Part shown: positions 37,333 through 53,171 of the stretch, piece by piece
How positions within the stretch are numbered: position 1 is the stretch's first letter
Layout of the letters: the number at the start of each line of letters is the position of its first letter
Made by a program: the position numbers and the translations under genes
The notes under the pieces: model-generated
What the model was told of the DNA's origin: nothing
Databases searched by the model: none
Seen by the model: only the letters and a program-made list of their open reading frames with translations
NCBI RefSeq assembly: GCF_006345805.1
Contig: NC_043008.1
Coordinates: forward strand, 72,974,001 to 73,038,000
Length of the DNA: 64,000 nucleotides
Source: Octopus sinensis
Lineage: Eukaryota
Direction: 5' to 3'

Positions 37333-37626
37333 TATAAGAGGGATGACCACTAAGTGGACATCCATTATGCTAGAAGTTGAGCCCTTATGGTTTACCACTA
37401 AAAAAGGAATATTCTCAAGAAAATTTAGCAAATGCCAGAACGTAAGCAAGCAAGACAAATGAAAAGATACAAAATATACAGATTAATCACAATCTGTATA
37501 TTTTGTATCTTTTCATTTGTCTTGCTCACTTACGTTCTGGAGTTTCCTAAATTTTCTTGAGAACATTCCTTTCTTAGAGGTAAGACAAAAGGGGTCATCC
37601 CTCACTTAGTGGTCATCCCTCTTATA
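37333..37626. mobile_element. Palindromic (fold-back) Tc1/mariner-type MITE
   Basis: Perfect 24-bp TIR TATAAGAGGGATGACCACTAAGTG including the TA; internal ~79-bp inverted arms 37406-37484 and 37491-37569. Confidence 0.9.
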
Positions 37627-37743
37627 TGTATGTAATATAATTTTTCTGAATCTTCAGATTTTTCTATATGCTAGACCACTGGTTTTAAATTGATATTAAT
37701 GAAATTAATATTCAATTTTTCACCCTTATTATTTTAAATTTAA

Positions 37744-39560
<1,817 letters not shown>

Positions 39561-42500
39561 TTGAATATTATATACCATAAATACATCAGTAACACACACT
39601 ACAACATTGGTTTTTTTTTCTATCCCTTTGTCTGTCTGTACTTCACACAATATTTTGTCTGCTCTTTGTAACAACATATGTTCTTCCATCACTCACTTTT
39701 TATATTTCTTGCTCCCTCTCTCTCTCTCTGCTTTCCTCTTTCCTCTACTTCACTTTCTAAACACACACAACACATCTGATTTGATATATTATACGATAGA
39801 TCAATATAGATTTGGAATGTAAATTGGTTTCCAAACAAAGTTTCAAACAGTTCTGTCTCTTCCAATCGTCACATTCTTCCGCACTTCTGAATACAATAAT
39901 ATTTTGTTTTTGCCATTATTATCTTTAAACATTTTATGCTTTCATTGTTTTCCAGAAAATATTTCTGTTTACAATATTTTTATTTATCCTCATACATTCA
40001 GCAGGTTATCTCATATTTCTGCAACACCTTATCATGTGAATTCTTTAAGAAAAATAGGAAATAAATATAGCTGCAGACGTGAATGTGGGGTTAGGAAGTT
40101 TGCTTTACAACCTCGTGGTTCTAGGTTCAATCCACTGGAGAGCAATTTGGGCAAATATCCTTTACCATAGCTTCAGCTGCACCAATATCTTCTGAATGGA
40201 ATTTACTTGAAAGAAACTGGTTCAAAGCTCATGATGTATGAATGTAGGAATATGAGTATGCATGTTTCCTTCAGAGTTAAATTTAGGTTTTTACCTTTGC
40301 AAAATTCATGCCAGTCACTAACAATGTGGTGAGGATTTTTTGCTTAATTTAAGGCAGCTCTTGGGATTTGTGGCTACCTGAATTGGTTAATATATAATTG
40401 CATGGGTGAGTATGCTGTGCATGTGTGTGTGCATGTGGATAAACGTTTTCTTGTCAATGTGCACATCATGGTTGAACATGAACATGTATATTTCATTACT
40501 GCTTATGTATGTATGTTTGCATATATATATAGTTCATATGTATATGTGACTGCATGGATATATTTATCCAGAAGCCTCAAATGGAGAGTCCCTGAAATAT
40601 TGTACAAATTTTCACAGTTGCTCTGATTCATTCTTACCAGAGAATGTTAGTAAGTATGTACTTATTGTCTTTGGAGAACACTACCATTTCTAGAATTCTA
40701 TGCAAATCAGTGGTTATGTAACCTATTGCACCTATGGTGAAAGGAACAATGAAAATCTGTAGCCTAGATGCATACATGAGAATGTGTGTATAATGTTTAT
40801 ATTTGAATATAAGTATGTACATAAACATTTTGTGTATATAACTATATATGTGTATATTTGTTCTTTATTTTGCATGTGTGTGCATTTGTGTCTATGCTTA
40901 CATGGTTTGGTGTTTCTTTATGCACCATTATCTAAAAATTTGATAAATATAGACTGATAAAATACATATCAGATTGAAATAAATACTGGGGTGAATATGA
41001 TGAGATAAAATCCTTGAAGGTAGTACACCAGCATGGCCAAAGTCCAGTGACTGAAATCATTAAAAGACTATTGATTGTATAAAATTTATCTTCCCTCAAT
41101 ATTTACTGGAACAATGTTTGTCAATGTAAAGCCTCTTTCATGACAACTATATCAATTTCCTTAGTCTGAGAGGTCTGATAAAAGTCATGGTTACTAACCT
41201 TATCTGACTGATATCTAGTACATACACAAAATAGGTGGTAGTTGTAGCCAATTCAATTGACTCTTGCAACACTTATAGCTTTTTTTTTTCTTCTCTTGGT
41301 ACAAGGCCTGAAATTTTGTGGGGAGTGGAACCAGTCAATTAGATTGGCCCCAGTACACAACCGGAACTTAATTTATCAATCCCAGAATTTGAACTCAGAA
41401 TGTAAAGACAGATGAAATACCACTAAGCATTTTGCCGGGCATGCTAATGAGTCAGCCAGCTTGCTGCCTTCTTATAGCTATTTCTTAGACAAAGAAAAAC
41501 TAAACCAAATTGGGCTGGGTTTGAATTCAAACCATATAGGAATATAACAAAATATATTTTCTCCATCATATACCATGCTCCTTCTATATATATTTTTTTT
41601 CTAATTTAGACTCCAAACCAATAACTTTCAGAAGAAATGTTAAGTCAGTTTGATCCCAATTCTTGACAGGCACTTCACCTTATCAAGTCTAAAATGACAA
41701 AAATTGAAGTTGACCATGTTGGGATTTGAAATTAAAGTGTAAAACCTTGGACCAAATGTAACCAAATAGTTTTTCTGATGCTTTAACAATTTTGCCCTCG
41801 TCTCTATATATCATAAAGATACAAAATTTTTCCACTTGCATTAATTTTAAAATGAAAGAAGTTCACAAACATAATATTCACATATATTCTAGTTTCCTAG
41901 GGCAGGCATGGTTAGTGGTTAAGAAGTTTGCTTCACAGCCATATGAATTCAGGTTCAATTCCACTGCATGTCACCTTGGACAAGTATCTTTTAAAAAATG
42001 CCAACTTGACCAAAACAAGAAACTGGAAGATGCTTGTCTTTCCATGCCTCCTTCCATTGACAGTGTACATTAATTGCAATCAAAACTCACTGTGAGACAG
42101 GTGGTTTCATCCATTTGCAATCTTTTCTGAAGATATATCTAGTAATTTCTTTATTTGTTTGAAGAACTAAGGGAAATTATTGCTTTGCTTGGAAACTGGT
42201 CAGGGTTGATGTTAGGAAATATCGTCAGACCCATGCAAGCACAGAAAAATGTACATTAAAACAATAATGAATTTAGTTCCCTCCATGTCTTAACAATATA
42301 TTTTGAAACAAATATTGAAACATGTCAATATTTATTCAGATATTTAAAAATATTCATAATCGCAATAACAAATAAAACTAAAATAATTAGTAAAACAAAA
42401 AAAATGTGAAACAATGTAAATGGATGTCTATATTTATTGGTACACTTCCGGTTCATTCTAAAAGACATTTTAGTCAATTGAACAACCGGTAAACTTTATT

Positions 42501-43516
42501 TTATGATAAAAATATTTTTGCAACTAAATTAATAATTCAATCTTTAAATTTTGCAACATTCGTAAAGTTTGTAGAAGAAACATAATACAACTGGGAGACT
42601 TTTAGCTTCATTTGAATGATTAAAAAGTTAATTTTTCATTATTAAATTAAGAACTTATTTGTTGATAAAAAAATTTTGATCGAGACACCTTAGAAAGTAC
42701 CTGCATACATACATAGGCTGAATGGTTTCAAAGAATATATTTATATATGTGTGTGCGTTGTTGTTGACTATTTTGCATCAAGTTATTTATAAAAGCAATT
42801 TAACATTAAACTAATGGGTCACTATATCCTCTCTCTTTCTCTCCCCCCTCTCTCTCTCACTCTCTCGCAAACACACACACACAAATTAGTTCCATTACAA
42901 TAATGGATGGGTGGGGTAATAAGTTCCTCTGCAATAGCAAATGTTGAGCAAACCACCTTATGTTTCATAGGTAAATGCAAAGCTGCTGTCTATTTATTTT
43001 ATCAATATACAAAATACAGGTATAGTCACGTGGATACAGAGTTGGCTTTATTACGATATGCTCCTGAATTCTATCACTCCATGTAGAACTTTGGACAGTG
43101 TTTTCTACTCTAGCTTCAGACTGACAAATTCCTTGTATGTCAAATTGATAGATGGAAATTGTATATGAGCCCATTGTGTGTGTATGTGTGTGTGTGTGTG
43201 TGGCAAAGTCTGAGAAAGGTGAGCATGTTAAAACTTCGAACTCACTGTCAAGTCTTTGTAAATGTTTAATAAGTATGTACTTCACTAAATGTGTAGAGCA
43301 ATCCAGTTGTTAAATGTTAAATTGCATTTATAAATAATTTGAAACAGCTGAGCACTCTGTAAAACTTAATGGCACAGAGTTGCAGGGTTCAATTCCCTGT
43401 GGAGGCTTGCTGACAAATTTTCCAAAAGCATTGCCCCAGCATAGCTGCAGCCTAATGACTGAAATAAGTAAAAGACAAAAACAATCATTAACACACACAC
43501 ACACACACACACACAC

Positions 43517-43980
43517 TCATCATCATTATCGTTTAATGTCTGTTTTCTATGCTGACTGGGGTCTGGGAAGCCAGGAGGCTGCACCAGGCTCCAGTCTCAT
43601 CTTGCAGTGTTTCTACAGCTGGATGCCCTTCCTAACACCAACCACTCCAAGAGTGTAGTGGATGCTTTTTACGTGCCCCCAGCACAGGGGCCAGAGGGGG
43701 CTGACAATGACCACAATTGGTTGGTGCTTTTTATGTGCCACCGGCACAGAAGCCAGTTAAGGTACAGCTGGCATCAGCCATATTTGGATGGTGCTTTTTA
43801 CATGCCACCGGCACGGGGATCACAACTACAATTTCCATTTGATTTTGGTTTTGATGTACTTGACTCAATAGGTCTCCTCAAGCATGGCATGTCACCCTAC
43901 AATCCAAGGTACTTTTGAATGGGCTGGGTATGTGATACTGGTGTAGGTTACAGCTGTGGAACCACTCAACCCATTCCAGC
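43517..43980 (-). mobile_element. Old RTE 3' UTR fragment with 3 diverged array units
   Basis: CATCAT tail, GCTGGATGCCCTTCCTAAC-ACCAACCACTCC, three GGTGCTTTTTA(C/T)GTGCCACCGGCAC units; inner UTR resembles 63330-63400. Confidence 0.8.
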
Positions 43981-44756
43981 ATCTAAAGAAGGACAGATGA
44001 TGATGATGATGATGATGATGGTGAGACTGATGCATTGCTTTGGAACTTTTCTCTGTAACTTTAACAAAGTATTTCTTAGTGCTAATTACCCCATCAGGGT
44101 TCATATCTTGCAAGCTACATGGTGACCTCACTTGTGTTGATGGCATGAAGGAGAAGCACCCAGTACACACTGTGTAGTAGTTGGTACCAAAAAGGGCATC
44201 CATTCATACAAAACATACCAAAGGAGAAGAAGACACAGGAGCATGATGCAGTCCTTGGTTCCATCACTTCCTTTAACACCATCCAACACATGCCAGAATA
44301 AAGAATGGATGAATTTTGCATGATAATGATGTTTTATGCATGCGTACTTGTGACCTGTGTTTTGCATGATAGTGTTCACCTCCAACTGGTACAGCTTGCT
44401 GACCTTCCCTATTAACAAATTGTCTAAAAATGCTTAGCTTTTAAAGATGAAGGGAATTTAAACTTCTCTCACTAGAGGATCTGGGAAGGGTAGTGATAGG
44501 AATGACATACAGATGTTAAACAACACCTCAGTTAATGTATATTTATCTAACCCATGCTAGATACCAATATATGTTCATCTAACCCATGGAAAAACATCAG
44601 TAAAATGATCAAAATGATTGGAAATTTACTTTACATAATTAAAGAACGATTATTAAAAAATTATTTTTATGCTTGGTGGTGGTCATATTTTGCCAATTAA
44701 ACACATGCACTATATACTTGGTCTTTGTTTCATCACCGTTGTTGTCATCGTCGTCG

Positions 44757-44787
<31 letters not shown>

Positions 44788-44853
44788 TATTATTATCATC
44801 CTTATCATCATCATTATTATTATCATCATCATCATTATCATTATTATTATTAA

Positions 44854-44901
<48 letters not shown>

Positions 44902-45081
44902 TATTATTATGTTAGTGCCTTTGTCTAAGCTCTTTTGTTACACATTCTGTGATCTCACCAGTGGTGTATCTACACATAGAAAGAGAAAACAGTATAAGCA
45001 GAACAAGAGGAGGCACATAAGATAGTGAATCACTGATGAGTCACAAGATGCATGGCAAAAGAGCTTAGACAAAGGCCTAAA

Positions 45082-45142
<61 letters not shown>

Positions 45143-45489
45143 TATTAATAATAATAATAAAGCTGAAATGAAGACCAAATATATAGTGTGTGTGTTTAAG
45201 TGACGAAATATCACCATCCCCAAATCTAACAATATTTGCTTCGCCACATAATTTCTCATGAGGAATCTTGCAAAACAAATATGTAAATACATTAAAATGT
45301 TAATTTACAAGAAATATTAGGCTTATCCATTTAACAAATTGTATAATAGCTTAACCATGTCATTAAATCTATCTGTCTTTAAGTTTCTTCATCAGAATTT
45401 AACCGTCAGTCACATTAAAGGAAACTTACATAAATTCTGAGTACAAATCCAGATGAGTTTGATTTTTCTGTTTAGCATCTCAGTAATCC

Positions 45490-45891
45490 TCTTTTACTCT
45501 TTTACTTGTTTCAGTCATTTGACTGCAGCCATGCTGGAGCATGACCTTTAGTCAAGCAAATCGACCCCAGGACTTATTTTTTGTAAGCCTAGTACTTATT
45601 CAATCGGTCTCTTTTGCTGAAACATTAAGTCACGGGAACGTAAACACACCAGCATCTGTTGTCAAGTGATTTTGTGGGGGACAAACACAGACAGACAAAC
45701 ATATATACACACATACATACATATACATATATACGACGGGCTTCTTTCAGTTTCCCTCTACCAAATCCACTCACAAGATTTTGGTCAGCCCGAGGCTATA
45801 GTAGAAGACTCTTGCTCAAGGTGCCCCACAGTGGGAATGAAACCCGGAACCATGTGGTTGGTAAGCAAGCTACTTACCACACAGCCACTCC
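45490..45891 (-). mobile_element. SINE family A, full length, young
   Basis: Close reverse-complement match to 2456-2846; abuts (TA)n at the head. Confidence 0.9.
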
Positions 45892-45934
45892 TATATATAT
45901 ATATATATATATATATGTAAAACAAGTGTTATAC

Positions 45935-47581
45935 TAGGGTGATTTAATGAACTATCTCCCTACAAAACGTAATCTTATGCTTTATGTTGAGAGATTGGGT
46001 GACTGAACTATGCAGGCATGGACTTGTTATCATGAGAAACATCATTAGATTGTAGGCTCTCCAGGTGACTAAAGAACATGGTATATCCGACTTTAAAGCA
46101 TCCCCTGGCTAGTGTGTGAGGTTTATGAAATGCCATAATCTTACACTGAGAGAGAGGACTCATATTGCACAGAAATTACCCACCAACATAGAGGGCAATT
46201 TTGATTACTTTCATTGGTATGAAATAGACCTATGAAAGAGCCACAATTTTTCCTTGGTAGCAATTGATAATACGGACAAGACACCCCTTTTTTTTCGACA
46301 TGGGTGAAACTCAGACTGTCGATGTTTAAGGGAAAAACACAATTTCAATAAAAAACTACGGGGAGCAACAAGGCCCACTTCACCATGATTTTGGCTTGTA
46401 TGGCTGATGGCATGAAACTTACCCTGGCTGTTGTTTTCAAAAGAAAGACTTTACCAAAAGAGAAGTTTCCAAAGAGTGTATGTTCAGGAGAAAGGGTAGG
46501 TGGACGAAACCATATTGACAAATTGGTTAAATGACATGTGGTTCCAGCACCCAGGGGCTATGCTTAATTCAAAGTCACTTCTTGTATGGGATATATTCAG
46601 GGCTCATCTGATCGACAGTATAAAAAATAGATTAAAGGAACACAATACCTACCAAGTTGTGATTCCAGGTGGGTATACGTATGTGCTTCATCCACATGAC
46701 ATGTCAGTAAACAAGCTTTTTAAGGTGAACATATGTGCCAAGTGGAATGAATGGATGATTAATGATGACAAAGAAATGGCAAAAGCTGGGAACTTTAAAC
46801 ACCCTGACCTTAAGACTGTTTGCCAGTGGATGATAGATTCATGGGCTGAAATACTGAGTGAACTTATGATGAAATTATTTTTGAAGTGAGGGATCTCAAA
46901 TTCCATGGATGGCATGCAAGACAAGCTATATAATGACTTTGTCTGTGCAAGAAATGTGCTTAATCAGTTAATGAAGTTCAGTCTAGTGAAGACGAGGGTG
47001 TATACAATAAAACCATCACAACTGAGATGTTTTATTAGTTATTTGGTGAAAGTGATGACGAAAATGATGATTAGTAAAACTAAATTCTTCCTTCATTTAT
47101 TCTTCCAATTTTTGTCACAATGTTTCATACACTTCCTTACAATTTAAAATAGTATATTGAATTTTTGTCCAATCATAGCACACATGACTGCATGGTTTTG
47201 TGTGTTAGTTGCTGCAAAAGTGTCCTAATAATGAAAGGGCATAAATCAAAAAGTAAAGGGAAAGTACAGAGGCAAATAAGTCTCAATACGATAAACAAGT
47301 CAGCTAGTGTTATCAAGGATAGAATTTTACGTTATAAACAACAGTTTCTAAAATCCATAGACTTAATAGAATAACAGTTGTTGTCTTCAGCTTACTGAAA
47401 GCTTGGTTACTGAACAACAACCATGCTGGCACAATTCCTAATTGAACTCTGCCCTCCAACATAAAAAAAGTCACTGTGATTTATAGTCGGGTCAATAATA
47501 AAATTCCCGATTTAAACCATGTAAGTTGAGGAGGGGTGCGTTTTATAGGCAAGGGCATTTTATAGTCAAGTGTATATGGTA
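45935..47581 (+). pseudogene. pogo/Tigger-family DNA transposon, disrupted transposase (POGK-like) with right terminus
   Basis: CENP-B-type HTH remnant (FKAS.G...RFMK...L..RTHIAQKLP) and DDE_1 motifs NTDKTPLFFD, GWMDE, LLVWDIFRAH, VIPGG...LHPHDMSVNKLFK, with frameshifts and stops. Right end ...TTTTATAGTCAAGTGTATATGG-TA is Tigger-like. Confidence 0.9.
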
Positions 47582-49131
47582 TGCCTTTGAGTTTATTACA
47601 ACTTTTAAGTATTCAAATATAATTTTCATACTATTGTTTATAATAAAGATTTTTATTTATGTACAAGACCATCAATTTTCAGGGAAGGAATTAGTTGATT
47701 GCATTGACACTAGTACTTGTCTGGTAATTTATTGAAGTAATTCTGGAAGAACGAAAGACAAAGTTGACTTTGGTAGTATTTGAACTCAAAATATATAGAC
47801 TTGGAAGAAATACCACAGGTATTATACCTGATACTCTAATAGACATCATAAAACATTGTCATGTTATATGGCAAGTTATTTAAACAAAAAAAAATTAGCA
47901 GTTTGCTTTCGGTCTGCAGTATACATATCATGTTGTTGACACATACAAGACAGAAAGCTGCACAAAGGTGCAGTGAAGAGTGAACGATTTGTTTTTGTTT
48001 ATGTTCTGGCTTCAAACCCCTGAAGAGTGGTTGAAAAGAGTGACCACAGTTAGCTGTGCAAATCAAAGAATTTGAATTTATCACTAGAAGAAGAGAAAAT
48101 TTTGGTATATTTTATGGGATGAAGAGGTCACAGGTTGTGTGATGAAAGATTTAAGACAAAGGACACCAAAATAATAATAATAATAATAATGATAAAGCTG
48201 AAATGAAGAAGGTATATGTAATGTGTGTGTGTTCATTTGTCCCCTTCCCACCAAAAAAAGATCGAACATCCAGAAATATAACAATATCTTTTTCAACACA
48301 GGATTTCACATCAGGAATTTTGCAAAATAAATATATAAGAGAAGATTATTTACATATTTTCGTGTACAATGTCATTATAATGTAAAATTTGTTACTGAGA
48401 CATAATAAGCATTTGAATGACATGTTGCCACAGACAAAGTTAGCACTTGTCTAGTTATGCTATCATTGCTATTATTCTTCTTCCCAGCTCAATCAATTCA
48501 AGATGACAAAATCTTGGCTGCGGAACTGTGAAAACTATCATATGAAACTTCATCAGTCATATAGGGGTGTCAACAGTGGAGGGAAAGTTGATAAAGAAAT
48601 ATTCAGTGTCTTAATCATAAGAAAAGGTGTAATATGCAGAAAGTCTAAATCAAAATCGTTATATGAAAATATTTTAATACTATATTGTGTGAAGAAGTAC
48701 ATAGAGTGTGTGTGTGTACCTGGTAGTTTGCCTGTTAAAGCACATTCACTGTTTGTGGCTACCTCATGTCATCAAGAGTATAAATATAAATGCCACTGGA
48801 TTTACTTCTGAAATTCCTCCATGTGTACAACAAGTATATAACAAATGAGAGAAAGAGAAAATGCAATTCACAAAATTCTTTATTAATCTCAATAATCGTT
48901 TTGACCGGTCTTACACCAGTCTCTTGTGGGTGAGATTCTGGACAACTGGTCGTTTGTGGTGCATCTCTCAGTGCAAATGTGTCTCATCAGATGACTTTTC
49001 AAAAGGTACCTTACTTATTTATATCCATATTTTCTCTCATTGTAGGAAACACACATGCACACGTGTGTACAATTATCCACATATATTTTTTCTTGTGTGG
49101 GAGTCTGTGTATGCGTGTGTGTGTTTGTGTA

Positions 49132-49178
<47 letters not shown>

Positions 49179-50576
49179 CTATGTGAATATATACATAGAT
49201 AGGTAAAGTGGATACTCAGGGCAGTGGAGGTCAAATCATAAATCAACAATGGCTGCCACAACCTGCTTATTCTCAGGTACCTGCAAAATGGAGATGAGGG
49301 AAGTGAATGTGTTTTTGTATGTATCCCTAAAACACCATTGTCAAGCTGTCATATTCTAATTAACCAATCAATTGTGCAGCTGCGTTTTTGTCTCTTCACC
49401 TCCTACAAGATTGTCTTCTCTTTTTATGACTATATCTAATAATATATCTTTATCAAAGCAAAAATAGTACTAGCTCATTGTATACTTATCAAAATAATTT
49501 TTTAATTCTTTAAATGTGTTTTTATGTATGATTAACTATATGTAGGTCCTTTACCTATAGAAAAAAAAAAACTACATTCATTCCATGTCATTCCAAACCA
49601 CAAAACCTCTATGCAACTAGCCACAGACAAGAAATGAAATGCATTGTAATCAAACCAAGCAAAACCATGCTTATTGAGTGAGGTACTTTTGAAAAGTCAC
49701 CTGACAAGACACATCTACACCAAAGGATGCATCACAACCAGTTGTCCAGAATCTCATTTACCAGAGATTGAATGCAACATATGCCAACATTATTATTGTG
49801 ATTAATAAAGAAGCTCATGAATTCCATTTCCTCTTTCTCTTATTTGTTATATATATATGTATCAAAGAATAGTTTGCTGCATGCAACAGCAACTGATGTC
49901 TTAAATGGTGCATCGAGAAGGTTGCTAATATTTGTGAGATACTTTCAATATGAGAAGGGACTGCAATATGTTATACTTGACTTTTACAGTGCTTACAAGG
50001 CATCATCAGCACAAATAACTTATGTGTGTATGTATGTACATGCACGTGCATGGACATGGGTGTGTGCACGTGCATGTATGTGCATGTGTGTGTATAGGGT
50101 GTGTGTGCACATGTGTATGTGTGTGCACATGGGTGTGTGAATATGTTAGTCTCCTTGTATTCAAACTACATAATAGTTTTAGAAGAAAAAAATGGTGTCG
50201 CTAACATACAACCAGTATCTTTCATTTCCAATCTTCCATGAAAACATGTCAGGTCATGTAGAAATATTACCTTGCTTGGAATAGGCAAGTGTGAATGACT
50301 GGAAGGACATCCAACTATAGAAAATCTCCCCCAGTAAATTTCAGCAACCCATATGAGTGTGGAAATATAGATATTAAAACAATGATACATATATATATAT
50401 GCATGTGTATGTATAAGTTACATATATATATATATATATATGACCAATACAATGATGCATATATATATATATATATATGCTTTATCACTATAAGCTTTAA
50501 GCTTATAAAAAAATACAATATGTGTGTGTGTGTGTGTGTGTGTATAGAGTGTTACATGTGATGTACAGAAATTGAA

Positions 50577-50939
50577 TATTGAGAAAAAAGTCATCACAAT
50601 TTTGGAAAAATATCTTTTTATTTCTTCATTATTATTAGTGCTCTTGTTCCTTTTTCGAACTCATCAAATCAAATTTTGTGAATGTATATAAAACAGATGT
50701 TTTCTGGGGGTTTTGTTTAAAAGAGAAAAAAAAAAACAATGTTCTCCCCAAAACACAAAACAATGTTCGCTTCTAAACAAAACCCACTAAAAACATGTTT
50801 TATATAAATTAACAAGCTGTTCGTACATTCACAAAATTTTATTTGACAAGTTCAAAAAAGGAATGAGAGGGCTAATAATAATAATGAAGAAATAAAAAGG
50901 TTTTTTTTTCCCAAATTCTGGCGACTTTTTTCTCAGTAT
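50577..50939. mobile_element. Palindromic MITE
   Basis: Left half TATTGAGAAAAAAGTCATCACAATTTTGG... is the reverse complement of the right half ...CCAAATTCTGGCGACTTTTTTCTCAGTAT along most of its length. Confidence 0.8.
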
Positions 50940-51207
50940 ATCACTCTATTGACCAGACTATTGAATGTTGCTACACATTAAGTGGGCAGGGTAACATCCA
51001 CCCTAAACAGAATGCCAGTTCATTGCAGAATTATATGAGAATGAGCTAGAACAATATGAAATGAGGTGTTTTGCTCAAGAATCCAAGTACCACCAATCTA
51101 AGAACTGAATCCATGATTTTGCAATCATAAGCATAGCACTGTAACTACTGCACTACATGCCTTCTCTTTCTCACACAAATGCATGCACACACACACATAC
51201 ACACATA

Positions 51208-51471
51208 TTGGGTTGGTGCATAATTATTGCAGCTTGTTTTCAACAAATTTTATTCAACACAAACAATAACAACATGTAACAAAAACAACTTTAGATGATT
51301 ATTCTGGAGCATATTTACCATCTACTTCAATTTGCATATTTACCATCTACTTCCCATTTGCTTGGCAGATGGTCAGACTGTCATTTAAGGATGATTTTGT
51401 TAAATATTGCTATTGTTTTTGTTGAATAAAATTTGTTGTAAAAACCCCGCAATAATTATGCCCCAACCCAA
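51208..51471. mobile_element. mariner-derived MITE
   Basis: TIRs TTGGGTTGGTGCATAATTATTGC / TTGGGTTGGGGCATAATTATTGC resemble mariner ends; TA TSD; extended internal palindromy. Confidence 0.88.
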
Positions 51472-53042
51472 TATATATGCATGTACATATGTATTCTAAC
51501 TATCTACATGATATCAATAACAAAACAAAGTTAATGTTGAAAGCCTTCCTCATCATGAGATTAAATCGAAATATAATATTATTTGCATATTTTCATTATG
51601 CTTAGAAAGGAATATGCAAAGTAAAAAAAAGGGTTAAGAAAATCTTAGAATTTTGGTTTTATCATTGAATTTCACTAAAAAAGCTGATAACACTTTTTTG
51701 TTTCAAAATTTTATATCATATATACAAATACATACATACATGTATGTGTGTGTATGTATGCATATATATGTATACACGCTTATATGCTTAAATATTTTTA
51801 GCATGATTTAATTGTGGATTTTCTCAAATTCAGCTTTGCTTTCTTCTCTTTTTTTGTATATTTGTAGTTTGTTTTATAAAAATATCTAAAAGAAAACTCC
51901 AACCAAATGAAAAATATTGTAACATTCTGATAAATTTATGCAACTACATAAACTTGTCATTGGTGTTTGAGACAAGCACTATGAGCTGTCACACTGCTGT
52001 GCAATCATGATGCGTCTAACATATGCGACTGTAAAACAAGCTGAAGTCTGCTGGCTACACAATCCTTATAGAAATGCCGAAATAATTGTCGCTATTACTA
52101 TAGTGGGTCATAGGAGCAGGTCATATGCCAGCATATTGTACAGTTATTTATTCTTTAATACTATTAGTACAAGTGTAAGAATATCACTGAAAGAAAATCA
52201 GTAATTTCTAAATGAAAGACCAACACAAAAACAGAAAAATTAAATAAAAAGACAGTTAAAACAAAAAGGAACGAAATGCAAATAAAATAATTAAAAGACA
52301 AAACCCTTTAGGTTAAAGCATAGAGCTGATCTTTTCATTTTAAACAATTTTTCATTTGATTTATGTAAATGAGTTCTGAAAAGGCTGATTCCAGTTTAAC
52401 TGTTGAATTATTGGAAAAAATTAAAAATTCCTGCTTTTTCTATAGGAAACGGAAAAAGGTGAAGTGATAATAAATTCTTCTGTGTGTTTCGGTGAAAATT
52501 AAATTTCAACAATTCTTAATTAGAAATTTGTTAGTAAAATAGATTTCGTGATCAACAAACATTAAAGATGGTAGATGATGAGGATGATGATGATGATGAT
52601 GATGGAAGAAGAAGAAGAAGAAGAAGAAGAAGAATGATGGCAAGGACAACAATGATAAAGGGGACAATGGTAACAATGAAGATGGTTATGACAATGATTA
52701 TGGTGATGATTATCTTGAACATATCAACAGAAGCCATTAAATATAATGCAATTTCTACAAGCTTTCAATTTTATTTAGTTTGTTGTTTTTCCATTTTGTA
52801 TATTTATTTTACATGTTTCACTGGTTTGCATGTTTTATCCAATTCTGGTATTTTCTGAAATCCCTGAAACGAGAGTTTTTATTTTTATTTACCTTAATGT
52901 TTTTGGCAAATATAACAGAGTCAGAAGGCAGACTTTTAGTTCCAACACTTCTTTACTATCCTAATTTTTGTCACTGCATGTAGACATATAAACTTACTCT
53001 TCTGTAGTGAAATTCAGCTAATGCTATCTATCTATCTATCTG

Positions 53043-53104
<62 letters not shown>

Positions 53105-53171
53105 AATCTATTTATCTATCTATCTATCTATTTATCTATCTATCTATATATATATATATCTCTCTCTCTCT

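Noticed and set aside
46500-46889. Domesticated pogo (POGK-like) host gene
   Set aside because: Frameshifts and stops on both sides of the 129-aa fragment, an altered first catalytic motif (DKT) and a retained transposon end indicate a dead element.
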